64,000 nt of DNA from Octopus vulgaris. Taxonomy: Eukaryota. Within the stretch, counting starts at the first letter, position 1, and every line of letters starts with the position of its first letter. Positions 12,658-26,120 of the stretch are shown one piece after another. Below the pieces are notes generated by a model. That model was not told where the DNA came from, did no database searches, and worked only from the letters and a program-made list of their open reading frames with translations. The stretch covers positions 112,282,001-112,346,000 of the forward strand of contig OX597821.1 in NCBI GenBank assembly GCA_951406725.2, in the 5' to 3' direction. The position numbers and the translations under genes are program-made.

Positions 12658-12714
12658 AAGCAAATAACTAACATTTATATAATCTTGCCACTATTGCATA
12701 ACTTGAAGGATTTT

Positions 12715-13085
12715 CTTTTAAACAAATCTTTCAGTTGATTAGAATTTGCTGAAAGAAAACTATACGGAAGCTTTTATCGTACTTTACATAAATAACTAAT
12801 AATACTTAGTAGGTTTCACGTTTCAATAGTGACAAAAATGGTTTATTTGTAATCTCGTCAACGTTATATGAGTTGTTTTCTTTTTAAAACATATTTTTAA
12901 AAATAAATCTCTCAACATAATAGGATTTAGTGAAAGGAAACTGTGCGGAAGCGTCTACCAGCATATGTATAACCAACTAATAACACTTAGTGGCTTTCGT
13001 GTTTCAGTACCGACAAGGGTTATTTGTAATCCTGCTTGTGTTGTATGAGCTAAAGTTTTTTAAACAAATCATTCAACACATTACA
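12715..13085. repeat. Diverged ~170-180 bp tandem repeat, about 2.2 units
   Basis: TTTAAACAAATC...GAAACT..CGGAAGC...AACTAATAA(T/C)ACTTAGT...GGTTATTTGTAATC...TATGAG repeated. Confidence 0.65.
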
Positions 13086-14184
13086 ATATTTTAAAAAGTG
13101 TATTAATCATATATAAACAAACACGAAAGCAAGCGAGTTTATTGTTATTATTATTATTATTCTTTTAAAATTAGACTTTAAACTTTAAGCTCCTATATCG
13201 CTATGAGCTGTTTGTTCGACTTTGTTTCATTTTTGACTCAACGTAAATAAACAGTTTCGAAACTTCGTAGTTAAAATTATGTCGTTCAGTTACAGCACTT
13301 AAAATAGATACAGTTGTTTATTTTCTTAACGTACTAAATAAACTCCGGTCATATGGTTACCACACTTGGTGACCATTTTTACGGTCAGTCATAGAAAAGG
13401 ATAAAGTACATCTAAATACTGAGCGAGGTTACACAAACTTGAAAGAAAAAAAAAATGGTTTCCCTATTTTGTTTTGTTTTTTCCGTATTCTTTATAGAAA
13501 AACAGAACTTTTCAATTATTTATACTACATACGGTTCAGAAGTGTGATGCCAAGAGTTTGTGAGGAAAGTCAGAAAATTATAAACTATTTGGAAAAAAAA
13601 TATTTGTGCTTTTAAATACATCGTACCGGTGCATGTTCATTCCTGTGCAGCACGGTGCAACACGGGTTCTAAAACAAATTTAATAGTACGTCGTATGAAA
13701 TACAAGTCTCATGGCTGGCCGCTGGCAATTTTTTTCTGCAAAATATGGATAGTTTATCCTGTTCCCGCTATTCTCTGTTTGAGAATGAATTATTTCCTTA
13801 TCCGTATCTTTCAATACATCTCAACGCTTCTAAAGCAAGCTTTGTTTACTTTCATCGTAATTTGAATTAAACATAAGTTTGTGTTCCAAGCGATACATTT
13901 TTCAACGCGCAATTACGCGTTGAAAATATATATCTTTCTACATGTACTAAATGTAATAGTGTGTGTATGTGTATTATGCTCCTGTGTATGTATGCACATA
14001 TAGTTTAGTAATGAACTAAAAAGAATGAGTGGTCAACACCTCACAGTGACGAATAACTTTTGCTTTAATAGTTGAGGGTTGTTTATATATATGATATATA
14101 TATATCATGGTTTCATGCGAATATAGGTGTAGTTATCCAATTCTAGCTTGATTTGATAGAATCCTCTCTGCTATCTTGTTAGAT

Positions 14185-14388
14185 GAAAGTGCCAAAATGG
14201 CAGAGATGCTGCTATCATTCAAACCGACGACCGCTCGGTTCAAAGTCTCTCTTGACCAGAAATGGCCTGAACTCTTTGTATGACCACCACCCCCCTACAT
14301 AACTCCCTGCCCCCCCCCCCCCTACATGGCCTTGCTTTTGTGTTTTGAGCCAATAAAAATTGAATTGAATTGAATTGAAAATTGAACT
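14185..14388 (+). mobile_element. CR1/L2-group LINE 3' terminus
   Basis: Encodes ...ARFKVSLDQKWPELFV* (FK..LD..W end motif), then a short 3'UTR, AATAAA and an (AATTG)n tail. Confidence 0.65.
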
Positions 14389-15632
14389 ACGATTGAATAA
14401 TTGCGAATGATTTCGTATAAATCTTTAGGCGTCGAACAATTAAAATTTCATGTTAATTTATGTTCCAAACATTTTTCGTTAATTACAAAATTAATTTAAA
14501 TAAAATCAGTGTATTTTAATTGAAATATGGTAAAAAAAAAAAGGAGGGGGGTTTAAAGTGATCTAAATTAAAACCTTCTATCAACATTTCCTGTTAATTT
14601 ATGTTCCAGACACCAGTTTAATAATGGCGAAGTTATTTCACTAAATTCTTCGTTATAACAAAAGTAGAGTATTTCAACGAAAGTATTGAAACAAAAGGGT
14701 CAACAATATCAGTAACGTGAATGGAAAGGAAAGGCTCCAACTAAGAACTGATACCGGAAAAATGCGGTGTGGATTTGGCAGAATCGTAAGAGCATCCAAC
14801 GCTTTGCAACGTTTATTTATATGTCCCTCTAAGTCCTCTCTAAGTCCAAATCTGGACGGAGTCTCAAGTTCTATTTTTCGCTTTCTGAGAAACAAAAAAT
14901 GCAATGAGGGACTGAGATCGATTTAATATTCCTTAAAACACATCTTAGATTTGAGTGGAATTCTAACAGAAGACGAAACAGAAATAGCGAAACAGTTTTG
15001 TTTGGCTGGTCGTGTCTTTTGACACAAATTCAGATGATGACGCCGCAATAAAAGCTATCGGCAAAAAATGAACATGATCTAGAAATGTAAATGAATATTT
15101 GCAGACGTACGAGTGTTTGGTAGGGCGTGGTTCGAAGTGGATGGTATACTTCGATATGAAGGAAATTGTAGACGGAGAGTTAAAATTTTCTCCGAAGTCA
15201 AGGCCATTGCGTTTAACAAAAGTTATATAGCAGAAATGAATGATGTTAAAGAATAATCTAAGAAAATTGGTAACTGGCACAGAATTTCTAAGTTTTCATG
15301 ATTAGGTGAGGATTTAAGTAAATCTTTCGGATGAAAAGAAAATATGGTACCAAAGCAGTCATGAAGAACAAGCAAACAGAATGGGAGTCTTCAAGAGACC
15401 TCAAGAGACAACAATTTGAAGTTCGTGTTGGTGTTATGCCTAGGGTGCCATATATTTGGTTTTGTACGTAGTGTTGTACTAGTGAATGTCTAAAAAACCA
15501 TACGAAAATTATGTTTGTTTTAAAACTTGAGATTACATAGAGAGTATTTTGCGTAGGATATCAGCCCCTTTTGCTATCATTCCCAAGTATTGCTGTTGTT
15601 GTTGTTATTATTATTATTATTATTATTATTAA

Positions 15633-16225
15633 GGTGGCGAGCCCACAGAATCGTTAGCACGAACTGCTTAGCAGTATTCTGTCCGTCTTTACGTTCTGAG
15701 TTCAAATTCCGCCAAGGTCTATTTTGCCATTCATCCTTCCGGGGTCGATAAATGAAATACCAGTGGAACAGTGAGGTCGATGTAATTGACTAGTCCCCCT
15801 CACCCCAAATTTCAGGTCTTGTGCCTACAGTAGAAATAATAATTATCATCATAATCGTCGTCATCATCATCATTAAAGGCAGCGAGCTGGCAGAATTGTG
15901 AGCACGTCGGGCAAAATGCTTAACAGCATTTCGTCTGCCTTTGCTTTCTGAGTTCAAATTCTGCCGCGGTCGATTTTGGCTTTCATCCGTTTGGGATTGG
16001 TAAAAGTAACATTTTAGCACTGGAGCCGGCTTATCCACACCCCACTATTATCATTAAGGCGGTAAGCTGGCAGAAACGATAGCACGGTGGACGAAAGGAT
16101 TAGTGATATTTCGTCCGTCGCTACGTTCTGGATCAAATTCCGGCGAGGTTGTCTTTGCCTGGGTCGATGTAATCCACTAGCTCCCCCCCTCTTAAATTTC
16201 AGGCCTTGTGCCTATAATGGAAAAC
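15633..16225 (+). mobile_element. Three tandem SINE family A copies (starts 15633, 15878, 16058)
   Basis: Each starts GGCGG/AGCGAGCTGGCAGAA... with B-box GAGTTCAAATTCC and the CATCC..CGGGGTCGAT core. They are separated by (ATT/ATC)n. Confidence 0.88.
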
Positions 16226-16524
16226 ATCATTACAGAATACTACACTGCACAAAGAAAAGTGAAACACTCGCTTTATGACTCCGTTTGAGAGTAACATTGT
16301 TGGGCCAACGTGCCTCAATGTATGCATTTTGAGCATCAAGCCAAGTTTTCGACAAACAGACATTTTCTGCTGTATCCTTCTGATCTCTGGCTTACTGTTT
16401 CCAGCTTTTGTTGGATCAACTCGACGCAATCGAAGTGAACTAACTTACAACTTGGTGGGACGGGCTAAACGAATCTAAAAAGAAAATTAAACATTGCCGC
16501 TCTTACTACAACCACAACAACAAT

Positions 16525-16574
<50 letters not shown>

Positions 16575-16883
16575 GAGAAAGAGAGAGAGAGAGATGTACC
16601 ATCGGTTTCGTTTTTATGTAAGAAGCCAGTGTGAGTATTACACCGAAGCAGCCATCCATGTCAGCGGCCTTGTAGTAAGTACCCTACGGTACTATGGCTC
16701 ATTAGAGTGGTGTCGGACGTTAAAATAGTGGCTGGATGGTAACTACCGACACAATGTAGGGTTGCTTGGTAACCTCATTGAGTGAGATTTTTGCATTCTT
16801 TATTGGTTGTAAACATAAGTAAATAAGACTGTACGTAATTACTACCGCAAATGTCTCTCTTACCCAGATTACAGTACATCTAA

Positions 16884-17035
16884 TCTATATATATAAAGAT
16901 GAGCATGTCTGTCTGTCTGTGCCAATCCCTAAAACTCGAGAACTACACAACCGATTTCGTTCAAATTTTACACATACATTACATACAGTCCATGGAATGT
17001 CATGGGCCCAAAAAGTTTTCAACTTCTTGCCTACA
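16884..17035 (+). mobile_element. Non-autonomous Helitron 5' fragment
   Basis: A|TCTATATATATAAAG...(GTCT)n...AACCGATTTCGTTCAAATTT resembles the 5' end of the element at 34859-35251. No CTAG end is seen. Confidence 0.5.
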
Positions 17036-17313
17036 CCGTCGAGTACTATGAACATTTGGACGTCACAGTTCAGGCAAGGCGTCAGAATGAGCTTGGGAGT
17101 GGGAGATACCGATATCCCACCATCATATCAATATATATATGCATGTGTGTGTGTGTGCGTGTGTATACACATGTATGTATATACATACACACACACTCAC
17201 ATATATATATATATACGTATACATATGTATATATGTATGTTTATACATATACACGTCCACTCGCACAAGCACACACACTTATTGCAAATCTTTTTCCAAA
17301 TGCAACACATTAT

Positions 17314-17385
<72 letters not shown>

Positions 17386-17399
17386 GTGTGTGTGTGCAG

Positions 17400-17610
17400 G
17401 AGCATGTTTGTGTTTGTTCCAACCTAGCTTGACAACCGGTGGCGATTTATTTATGTCCTCGTAACTTAGCGCTTTGGCATAATCGACCGATAAAATAAAC
17501 AGAATTTAAAAAAAGAACACGTTCTAAGATTGATTTGTTCGACCAAACTTTTCACGGCAGTGCTACAGCGTGGCCGCAGTCCAATGACTAAAACAAAGAA
17601 AAAGATAACA
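17400..17610 (+). mobile_element. SINE family B, 3' half
   Basis: GCTTGACAACCGG...GTAACTTAGCG...TGGCCGCAGTCCAATGACTAAAACAA. Confidence 0.8.
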
Positions 17611-18294
17611 ATGAGTGATACACCACCGCCACCATCACTACTACTACTACTACCACTACCACCACCACCACCATTCCCGTCTATGCTATTCTATAATTGT
17701 ACGGCCGACAGTTTAGGCCGTGCCGTCCTTGTTGACATACACGATTCTAATCACTGAAGCGTGACTGACTGATCCCCGCCTCGACCACCGCCAACATTGT
17801 AGTAAGGAACTGGTACTTTAAACCACTCAACCGTACAATGGAAATGAAATCTACTTTTCTGCTCGATATCTGCTGTGGGATTTCATCTCATTATTTTTAA
17901 GAAATAAATTTTTAGCAACAAAGATACTCACCACCACCTGTCACCCTGATTTTTAGGGGCCTTTCATCTTTCGGAGCTGAATTCGTGAGTACTGACACGA
18001 AAATCTACTTTTAAGTTGATTCAATCAAATATATGTACATACATACATATTATACGTACATACATATATATACACATACATACATGCATGCATACAAATA
18101 GACATGTACACGTAGTTGTTCTCAAGTGTCACTTAGTAAGCGTGACACATCTTCTAGAGGCGGATATATATATATATTGTATGGTATTTGATATACTTGT
18201 ATTAGCCTATGGTGTTCAAATACATTCCAATGGCCACTAGGAGTGATTTTTCCCAATTTTTTAAAAATATGTGCGTGTATGTGTGTGCTATTTT

Positions 18295-18540
18295 TTCCTT
18301 CTTGTTTCAGTCATTTGACCGCGGTCATGCTGGGGCAACACCTCGATGGGATTTAGTCGAGCAAATCGACCCCAAGACTTATTTTTTAAAAGCCTGGTAC
18401 TTAATCATTAAGCGAATCGCTAATTTACAGGGACGTAAACGCACCAACACCGGCTGTGAAGTGGTGGCGGTGGGGGATAGAGACACAAAGGCGCACACAT
18501 ATTGATTCCGAATGTAAAACATACGTTCACACCATCAATA

Positions 18541-18572
<32 letters not shown>

Positions 18573-18768
18573 TTCAAATTTTCGCCACAAGGGTAGCTTG
18601 GAGTAGATTAAATCGATTACATCGACCCCAGTGCGTAACTGGTACTTATTTAATAGACTCCGGAAGGATGAAAGGCAAAGTCTACCTCGGCGGAATTTGA
18701 ACTCAGAACGTGAAGACGAACGAAACACTGCAATACATTTTACCAGGTATGCTAACGATTCTGCCAGC
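18295..18768 (-). mobile_element. SINE family B 3' half (18295-18500) and SINE family A (18570-18768)
   Basis: Diagnostic motifs of both families on the minus strand. Confidence 0.85.
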
Positions 18769-18860
<92 letters not shown>

Positions 18861-19823
18861 GTGAAAGTGGAAAGTGCAATCTCCCAGCGAATTTGCGAAA
18901 AGACGGGTGACTGGCAAAAATTATTAGATTGAATGATCATACATAAGTAAACGCCTTTAGATTTGGAGAACGAGGGTGACAGCTCGTAACTTTGGTGGTT
19001 AGGTAATCTGAGATCTGTGGGGTTCCTTGATTGGCCCTAGCTAAAGTTTCTCCTTTAATCAGGAGAACAGCATCATTTATGTTATCACATTCTTTGTCAA
19101 CTATGTATATTTTTATCCCAGTTTACTCTACTCTTCTCATAAACCCCTACACAAATTGTTTGTCTGTCCGTGTATCATCTATGCCCCTGTCGCAACTAGA
19201 AACTATTATTTATTTCTTTACTTATTTGTACACAATGACGACAAAAAGACAGAAAAATAAAATCCTAACCCGATATTGTTTTAATAAGTTTTTAATCCCG
19301 TGACATATTAATTTGCGCTTTTCCTTTCATTGGTCTTATCACAGTGTCTCTCCGGACCAGTGACACGTGTAAACTATGTTCAGCTGATAAGTAGTGCGTA
19401 TAAATAACAACAATAGACATGAATACTAACCATAGATCTTCTCAGATAAATTAGGCACAGTAATTATCGATTGGATTATATTAAACTCAACTATTTCTTG
19501 TCTTACTATTTTATTTATATCACTGCGTTTTGATTAGAATAATTTTCAACGAACATCCTCAAAACTTATATCGGTCGAAAATATGGATAAAAACCATTAA
19601 AAGATAACTAGATTGATAATCTTTTAATAATCCGAATATATTTCATGTGGATTAGTGTATCTCTACCTTGAGAATGCTATATTCTTTTCAGAACACGCTG
19701 GGAACTTAGATTAAACTACACCGGTCTTTAGCCACTTTTGTTATCATATTCCAGTTAAGACTGCATTGCATTTGTCTTAACTAATTTAGCAAAATATCTT
19801 TGTCGATAATAAACTAGTATTAA

Positions 19824-20385
19824 GGCAGCGAGCTGGCAGACTCTTTATAGCACGCCGGGCGAAATGCTAAGCGGCGTGTCACCGTCTTTACGTATCGAGT
19901 TCAAATGCCGTCGAAATTGACTTTGCTTTTCATCGTTTCGGGGTCGATAAAATAAGTACCAGTTGTGTACTGGGATCTATTTAATCGACTTACACCCCAG
20001 AATTGCTGCCCTTGTGCTATAATTTGAAACCAAGATTAAGCTAGTATTTGAAACATGAAATTTAATAAGAAGCTTGCTTCCCAACCACATGGTTCTAGGT
20101 TCAATCCCACTACGTGAGATCTTCGGAAAGTTTCTTCTCTTACAGCCTCGGGCTATAGTAGACGGAAACTGGAAGAAGCCCTTCGTGCATCTGTGTGTGT
20201 GTTTGTGTATCTGTCCGCCACCACTGCTTGACAACTCGTAACATAGCGATTCGGTAAAAGAGAGCAAAAACAAAAAAAAGAAAAGGAATTAAACACTGGG
20301 GTCGATTCGTTAGATTAAAATTCTTCGAAGCGGTGCTCCAGCATGACCGCAGTCTAATGGCTGAAACAAAGTCAATGGATAAACG
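19824..20385 (+). mobile_element. SINE family A (19824-20035) followed by SINE family B (20065-20385)
   Basis: Diagnostic heads and bodies of both families. Confidence 0.85.
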
Positions 20386-20499
20386 ATTAAGAATTTAGTA
20401 AAATAATTTTGCTATTGTTAATAGTTGGAGTTTGAAACGTAAATCGACGGTGACGATGATGATGATGACGATGATGATCGCCATCGCGTCAAAATGGTA

Positions 20500-20660
20500 T
20501 AAAGAGTACAGCAGGGGTCGACCCCCCCCCCTGCCGGAGCCTCGTAGAGCTTTAGGTGTTTTCGCTCAATAAACACACACACACAACGCCCGGTCTGGGA
20601 ATCGAAACCGCGATCCTCCGACCGCGAGTCCACTGCACTAACCACTTGGCCATTGCACCT
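20500..20660 (-). mobile_element. SINE family C, 5' part
   Basis: Reverse complement of 346-510. Confidence 0.85.
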
Positions 20661-21460
20661 CCACTGTTGTTGCAACTGTTGTAAAACATATCAATGTTTG
20701 TAGAGACGATGCTATTCAGCGAAAAGTAAACATCGCTTTCACAAGCCTCATCCAATCCCAGCATGCCACTGCGTTTCACGTCTGCTTTAACACACCTAGT
20801 ATATATTAACAGGTGAAAAACAGGAACCGGTGCCAAAAAATAGATTTCAGCGAAGAAAAATCGTAAAACCAATGCAGCAATATGGTAAACCGATATCTTG
20901 AGGAACTCGTAGAGAGAATCAAAGAAAGAAGAGGAATAATATGAATAGCAGACTTTTGGTAAAATTACATAAGGATCTCCGTCAGTTGTACCGATGAGTA
21001 GTAATTCATAATGTCTGATCATCTGAATTACTTGTACATTTGTATTAACGCGTTTGTGACTGAGTATTCCACAGACATTTGATCCATTTAGAGTTATAAC
21101 TGGCCCCTTGAATTATCGATACAATTCATGGATAGGCTTCTGCACAGTTTCCGACTTAGTAAAACTTCATGCATGAGGTTTGTGTCGATCATTTCATTCT
21201 CATATCATTCCCTTGTTATGTTATTTCCGACAACAGTTAAATAGTGATACATACTGTACACCAATCATTAAAAGAGGTATAAGAACAAAATTAGTCCGAG
21301 ACGTTACGCAGTAGGATCGAACCTGTTACCTCATAATTGGGAGGTGAACGTCTTGATTCCTCGGCCATGCTGGAGAACACAACATATCACATAATAAAAC
21401 AAGAAACTATAAAGATTTTTGTTTGCCCCATCAAAATTTAGAAACGTCGAGAAACGAGAA

Positions 21461-21685
21461 ATAATTCGTTTTAAATAGCAGAACTCGAAGTAGATAAAGC
21501 TATAAATAATAGCGAGTAAATATTGGTTAAAAAAAACCCTCTGACTAGAAAAAATTGACAGCTGCTCGTGGGTTCGTACCCCACGGGCAGCTTTCGCCTT
21601 ATTTCATCTAGGGTTTTCTTTTTAACCCTATGTTCTATATTTATAGCTGTGTCTACTTCGAGTTCTACCGTTCAAAACCAATTAT
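21461..21685. repeat. ~225-bp imperfect palindrome (fold-back element)
   Basis: AGAACTCGAAGTAGATAAAGCTATAAAT pairs with ATTTATAGCTGTGTCTACTTCGAGTTCT. GGTTAAAAAAAACCCT pairs with AGGGTTTTCTTTTTAACC. AGCTGCTCGTGGG pairs with CCCACGGGCAGCT around a TTCGTAC loop. Confidence 0.9.
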
Positions 21686-21979
21686 TACAAGGCTTACCCT
21701 AGATGCCACGCTGCTCTAAACTGCAAATCGTTTTTCTCAGTGACTTGGCCATACTTCAGAATGACATAACAAAGTTGTCATAACAGAAAAGAAAAAAAAT
21801 ACCCAAGATGCCAAACAGTGGAATCGAACCCGTCACTTCATGACTGGATTATACTGAAAGAACACGACATATCACATTGCCATAAAACAACGAAACTACT
21901 AGTGACACCCAGATTTATGACTTACAAAGAAATATAAAACCTGTCTGCTGATATTTATCTCAGTGAATCAGAGATTAAA

Positions 21980-22260
21980 GGCACAGGCTTGGCTGTGCGG
22001 TTAAGAAACTCGCTTTGCAACCATATGCCTTCGGGTTCAATTCTACAGCGTGGTGGTGTATTAAACTATAGCTCTGAACCGATCTAATGCCTTGTGAATG
22101 AATCCGGTAGATGGAAACTGTGTATGTGTGTTTCTGTTTGTCTCTCTACCACCGCTTGACAACCGGTATTGGTTGGTTTAAGTCTCTATAACTTAGTGGT
22201 TCGACAAATGTCACTGATGGAATAAATACTGGGGTCACTTCATTCAACAAAACCCTTACA
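21980..22260 (+). mobile_element. SINE family B, diverged
   Basis: GGCACAGGCTTGGCTGTGCGGTTAAG...GGGTTCAATT...GCTTGACAACCGG. Confidence 0.8.
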
Positions 22261-22915
22261 AATATTTCTCGAAGTGCCAGTTCATTCTCATATCATTTCC
22301 TTGTTATGTTATTTCTCGCGACACATAAACGACACTTACAATATACAAATCATAAAAAAGGTTACATGTTTCTATAACACATTCCCTTAATTATTTCTCT
22401 TTAACTTTAACAGTCGCTAAATTCTGGCGCTAGATATATATTTCTACTCATACATCCACTTCTCTCGTCGATTTTACACAAAACACTATAAAATGAATAC
22501 GCACAATACCATAACATATGTACAGTATATTAATTCAGCATCTCATCTGAATCTTTTTCTACAATTTATTCGATAATCTTATCATAAAACAACCATAAAT
22601 TTTCAATCGTTTTTCACATTTCTAAAGCTAGTCATTGTCATTTTTGATTACCTGTATCGAAGTTTGTTTTTCACTATCAGAATTTTGACTCATCCGGTTT
22701 AAAGTCCACCATTTGTATCTATGTTTGAAGCACTTTATTTAGTGCTACTACACTTCTCAAATCAAGTTCACCGTGGTTAAATCTGAATCTGATATCATTC
22801 TTAAAAATAGAGGATTCTTTAACCATTATTCTTTTTTTGTTTTTTGCCGGTACTTTTTCGAACCGTGTCTGTCGATTAAATGTGAATGCGTTGCGTTTGG
22901 AAAAAGATTTGTAAT

Positions 22916-22990
<75 letters not shown>

Positions 22991-23109
22991 TGCGAGTGGA
23001 CATATATATGTATAAACATACGTATATACATATGTATGCATACATATATATACAACACATGCACACATATATAATGTATGTGTGAGTGTGTGTATGAATG
23101 AATATATAT

Positions 23110-23511
23110 CCTTTCTTTTAATCTTTTATTTGTTTTAGACATTTGACTGTTGCTATGCTGGAGCACCGCCTTTAGTCAAACAAAGCGATCCCAGGACTTT
23201 ATTCTTTGTGAGCCTAGTACTTATTCTACCGGTCGCTTTTGCCGACCCGCTAGCTAATGGAGACGGAAACACGCCAACATCGGTTGTCAAGCGATGGTGG
23301 CGGTGGAAGACAAACAGACACATAAACATTATATATATATATATATATATACACGAGGGGCTTCTTTCAGTTTCCGTCTACTAACTCACAAGGCTTTGGT
23401 CAGATCGAGGCTATAGTAGAAGATACTTGCCCAATGTGCGATGCAATGGGACTGAACCCGGAACCATGTGGTTGGGAAGCAAAGTACTTACCACACACCC
23501 AATCCTGTGCC
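23110..23511 (-). mobile_element. SINE family B, full length (~400 bp, internal (TA)n)
   Basis: tRNA-like head, CORE-like TTGGGCAAGT block, internal microsatellite and (AAAAGA)n tail. Confidence 0.9.
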
Positions 23512-24637
23512 TTTTGCTCTTCTTAATACAACTTTTGTTCACAGAACTGCGACCGGCCAATTGTAAATATGTAAATAAGACTGAATACTGAATGCTGGGG
23601 AGGTTTTTCAAACAACCGCCCATCCACCCGTCGAAACAATTCCTTAAACGAAACCAATCGTCTGGTTCTGATTGTAATTCTAATGAGAATTAGTCACTGG
23701 ATATGAGAAATGCTACCAATTTGTTACTGTTGGTTAGCTTCTACCTCTCTACTACTACTACTACTACTACTACTACAAGCACCATCACTACCACCACCAC
23801 CAACAATAACACAGGCATCATTAACATTGCTTCTCTCACTTCAACCACAATTGACATTAAGCTGTACCGCTACCATCTTCACCATCACGAACAACACCAC
23901 TACCACCCCTGTTATGGCCACAACAACAACGACGACCACCGCCAACAACAACAGCAGCAGCATCATACAGAATCACTGCCTCTAAACATTATCGGTACCG
24001 CTATCACAACCATCATCACTATAGATTCCACCACTACTACAGCTGCTGCCAGCACAAATAACCACAACCACAGCCACCACGGCTATCGCCGCCACTATAA
24101 CCACCACTAAAACCACTACCATCACCACCATCACCACTACAACTATTACTAGCAATTCAAAATAATCTCCCCCTTGTGGGGGGGGGGGTTCTTCATTAAA
24201 TATCCCCATAGTCTTTTACAGCCTCTAAATGTGATGGAGTTGTAATGAATCTAGACAAGTTACTGTAATGGAGAAAGGAAAGAAGGAAGGAAGGAGGGTT
24301 AAATAGTGAATGAAGGCACAAGAAAAGAACGAAAAGAAGAGAAGAGAAGAAAAGCAGATTGTAAATGAAGGAAAACGAAAATAACACATACATAAATATA
24401 AAGAAGAGAACATAAAATGCTGCCAAGATAAGAGTTGATGTTGAGAGGTGGAGGCGGGGATGAGGGGGGAGTTGTGATGTGGCAGCGGCGGCGGTGGTGG
24501 TGGTAGTGGTAGTAGTGGCGGTGGTTGTTTGAATGAGTAATGGCTGACTATCAGGAAAGTCGATGCTACTGGAGGTTATCGTCTTGGTATATCAATTGCA
24601 ACACACATGGAGGAGGAGGATGAAACGCAGATGATGA

Positions 24638-24671
<34 letters not shown>

Positions 24672-24796
24672 GATGACGACATTGATGAGCCGCCGACGAC
24701 GATAGTGATGATGATGATGATGATGATGATGAAAGTGACAACGATGATTGTTTTGATAATTAAGGTGATGGTGGTGATGACGGCGGCTGTGGTAGC

Positions 24797-24860
<64 letters not shown>

Positions 24861-24874
24861 TGAACCGTCTAAGC

Positions 24875-25023
24875 CAGTGGTTCCCAGCCTTTTCATTACC
24901 AAAGACCCTTTTTATTTAAATGAGTTTTCCCCCACAGACCCCTGGACATTGAAAGGTCTATCAGCTTAACATGCTGACGGATCCCCAGTTCTACCTTTGC
25001 AGAGCACAGCTTGGGAACAACTG
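24875..25023. mobile_element. hAT (Charlie-like) MITE
   Basis: TIRs CAGTGGTTCCCAG / TTGGGAACAACTG. The 8-bp flanks GTCTAAGC and GTCAAAAC match at 6/8. Confidence 0.7.
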
Positions 25024-25755
25024 GTCAAAACCTTTCCTTGGCAAATTTCGAAGTTGGAGAGACGATCCGAAACAGAGAATTAGGAACGAAAATGGCAGAG
25101 TTGACGATGACGACGATGGCCATCATCATAGTTTTTACATTATTGTCAAGATAGCATTGACCATGTACCGTGGTTCAGAAGAGTTCGTTACGCAACCACG
25201 AAGCCCAGGGTTAAATGCTGCTGCGTGACGTATCATTCACCATAGCCTCGAGTCGACCCGAAGCTTTGTAAGTGAAATTGGAGAAATTTCATCAGGCTTG
25301 ACCTTTACTTTGGTCAACTTAGCCATTGATCCTTGGGGTTGGATAAAATCGACTTCACCCCGACTCCCAGCAAATTTCAAGCCTTGTGCCTTTAGTATAT
25401 GAGATTTTTCCTCTTCCTCCTCATTATTATCATCATCTTGGTCGCCGCCGTCAAAAGGTGACGGTAGAGAAGGAATGCTGCCTTGCAGTAATTTTATTGC
25501 AAGGTGGCTAAGCAAGCGCCTGTCGATTGAAGGAGGACGAAAGGTGCTTGCCGTAGTGGTCAGGTCGACCATGGTTTTGCAAGGGTCTCCTCAAACAGCC
25601 ATAGGAAGTCTCCCTCTTTTAAGGAATTTGGAAATTTATATTCTTATCGTTTTTATTTACTTTTTACACGCTTCTATTTATGTAACACCGTATTGTTTTG
25701 TGCTGTACCATTCCCAATATTTTTTGTGAACCCTTAGTGGTGAACAAAGAAAACG

Positions 25756-25814
<59 letters not shown>

Positions 25815-25821
25815 TTCATTA

Positions 25822-26040
25822 AAGCAGTGAGCTGGCAGAATCGTTAGCATGCCGGGCAAAATGCTTAGCGGCGTTTCGTCTGTCTTTACATTTTAAGTTC
25901 AAATTCCACCGAGGTCGACTTTGCCTTTCATTCTTTCAGGGTCGATAAATTAAGTACCAGTTGTGTACTGGGGTTGATGTAATCGACTTACTCCCTCTCT
26001 CGAAATTACTTGCCTTGTGCCAAAATTTGAAATCATTATT
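25822..26040 (+). mobile_element. SINE family A, full length
   Basis: Complete head, GTCGACTTTGCCTTTCAT..GGGGTCGATAAATTAAGTACCAG core and tail. Confidence 0.9.
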
Positions 26041-26120
26041 AATTTGATTTGGCTCAGGTTTGGCCTTATTCCTGGTAGGAACTATGTGGGTAGTGGGTTC
26101 CTACATGGAAGATGTCGAAG

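Noticed and set aside
20552-21022. 156 aa minus-strand ORF
   Set aside because: It runs into SINE C and has no recognisable domain or splice signals.
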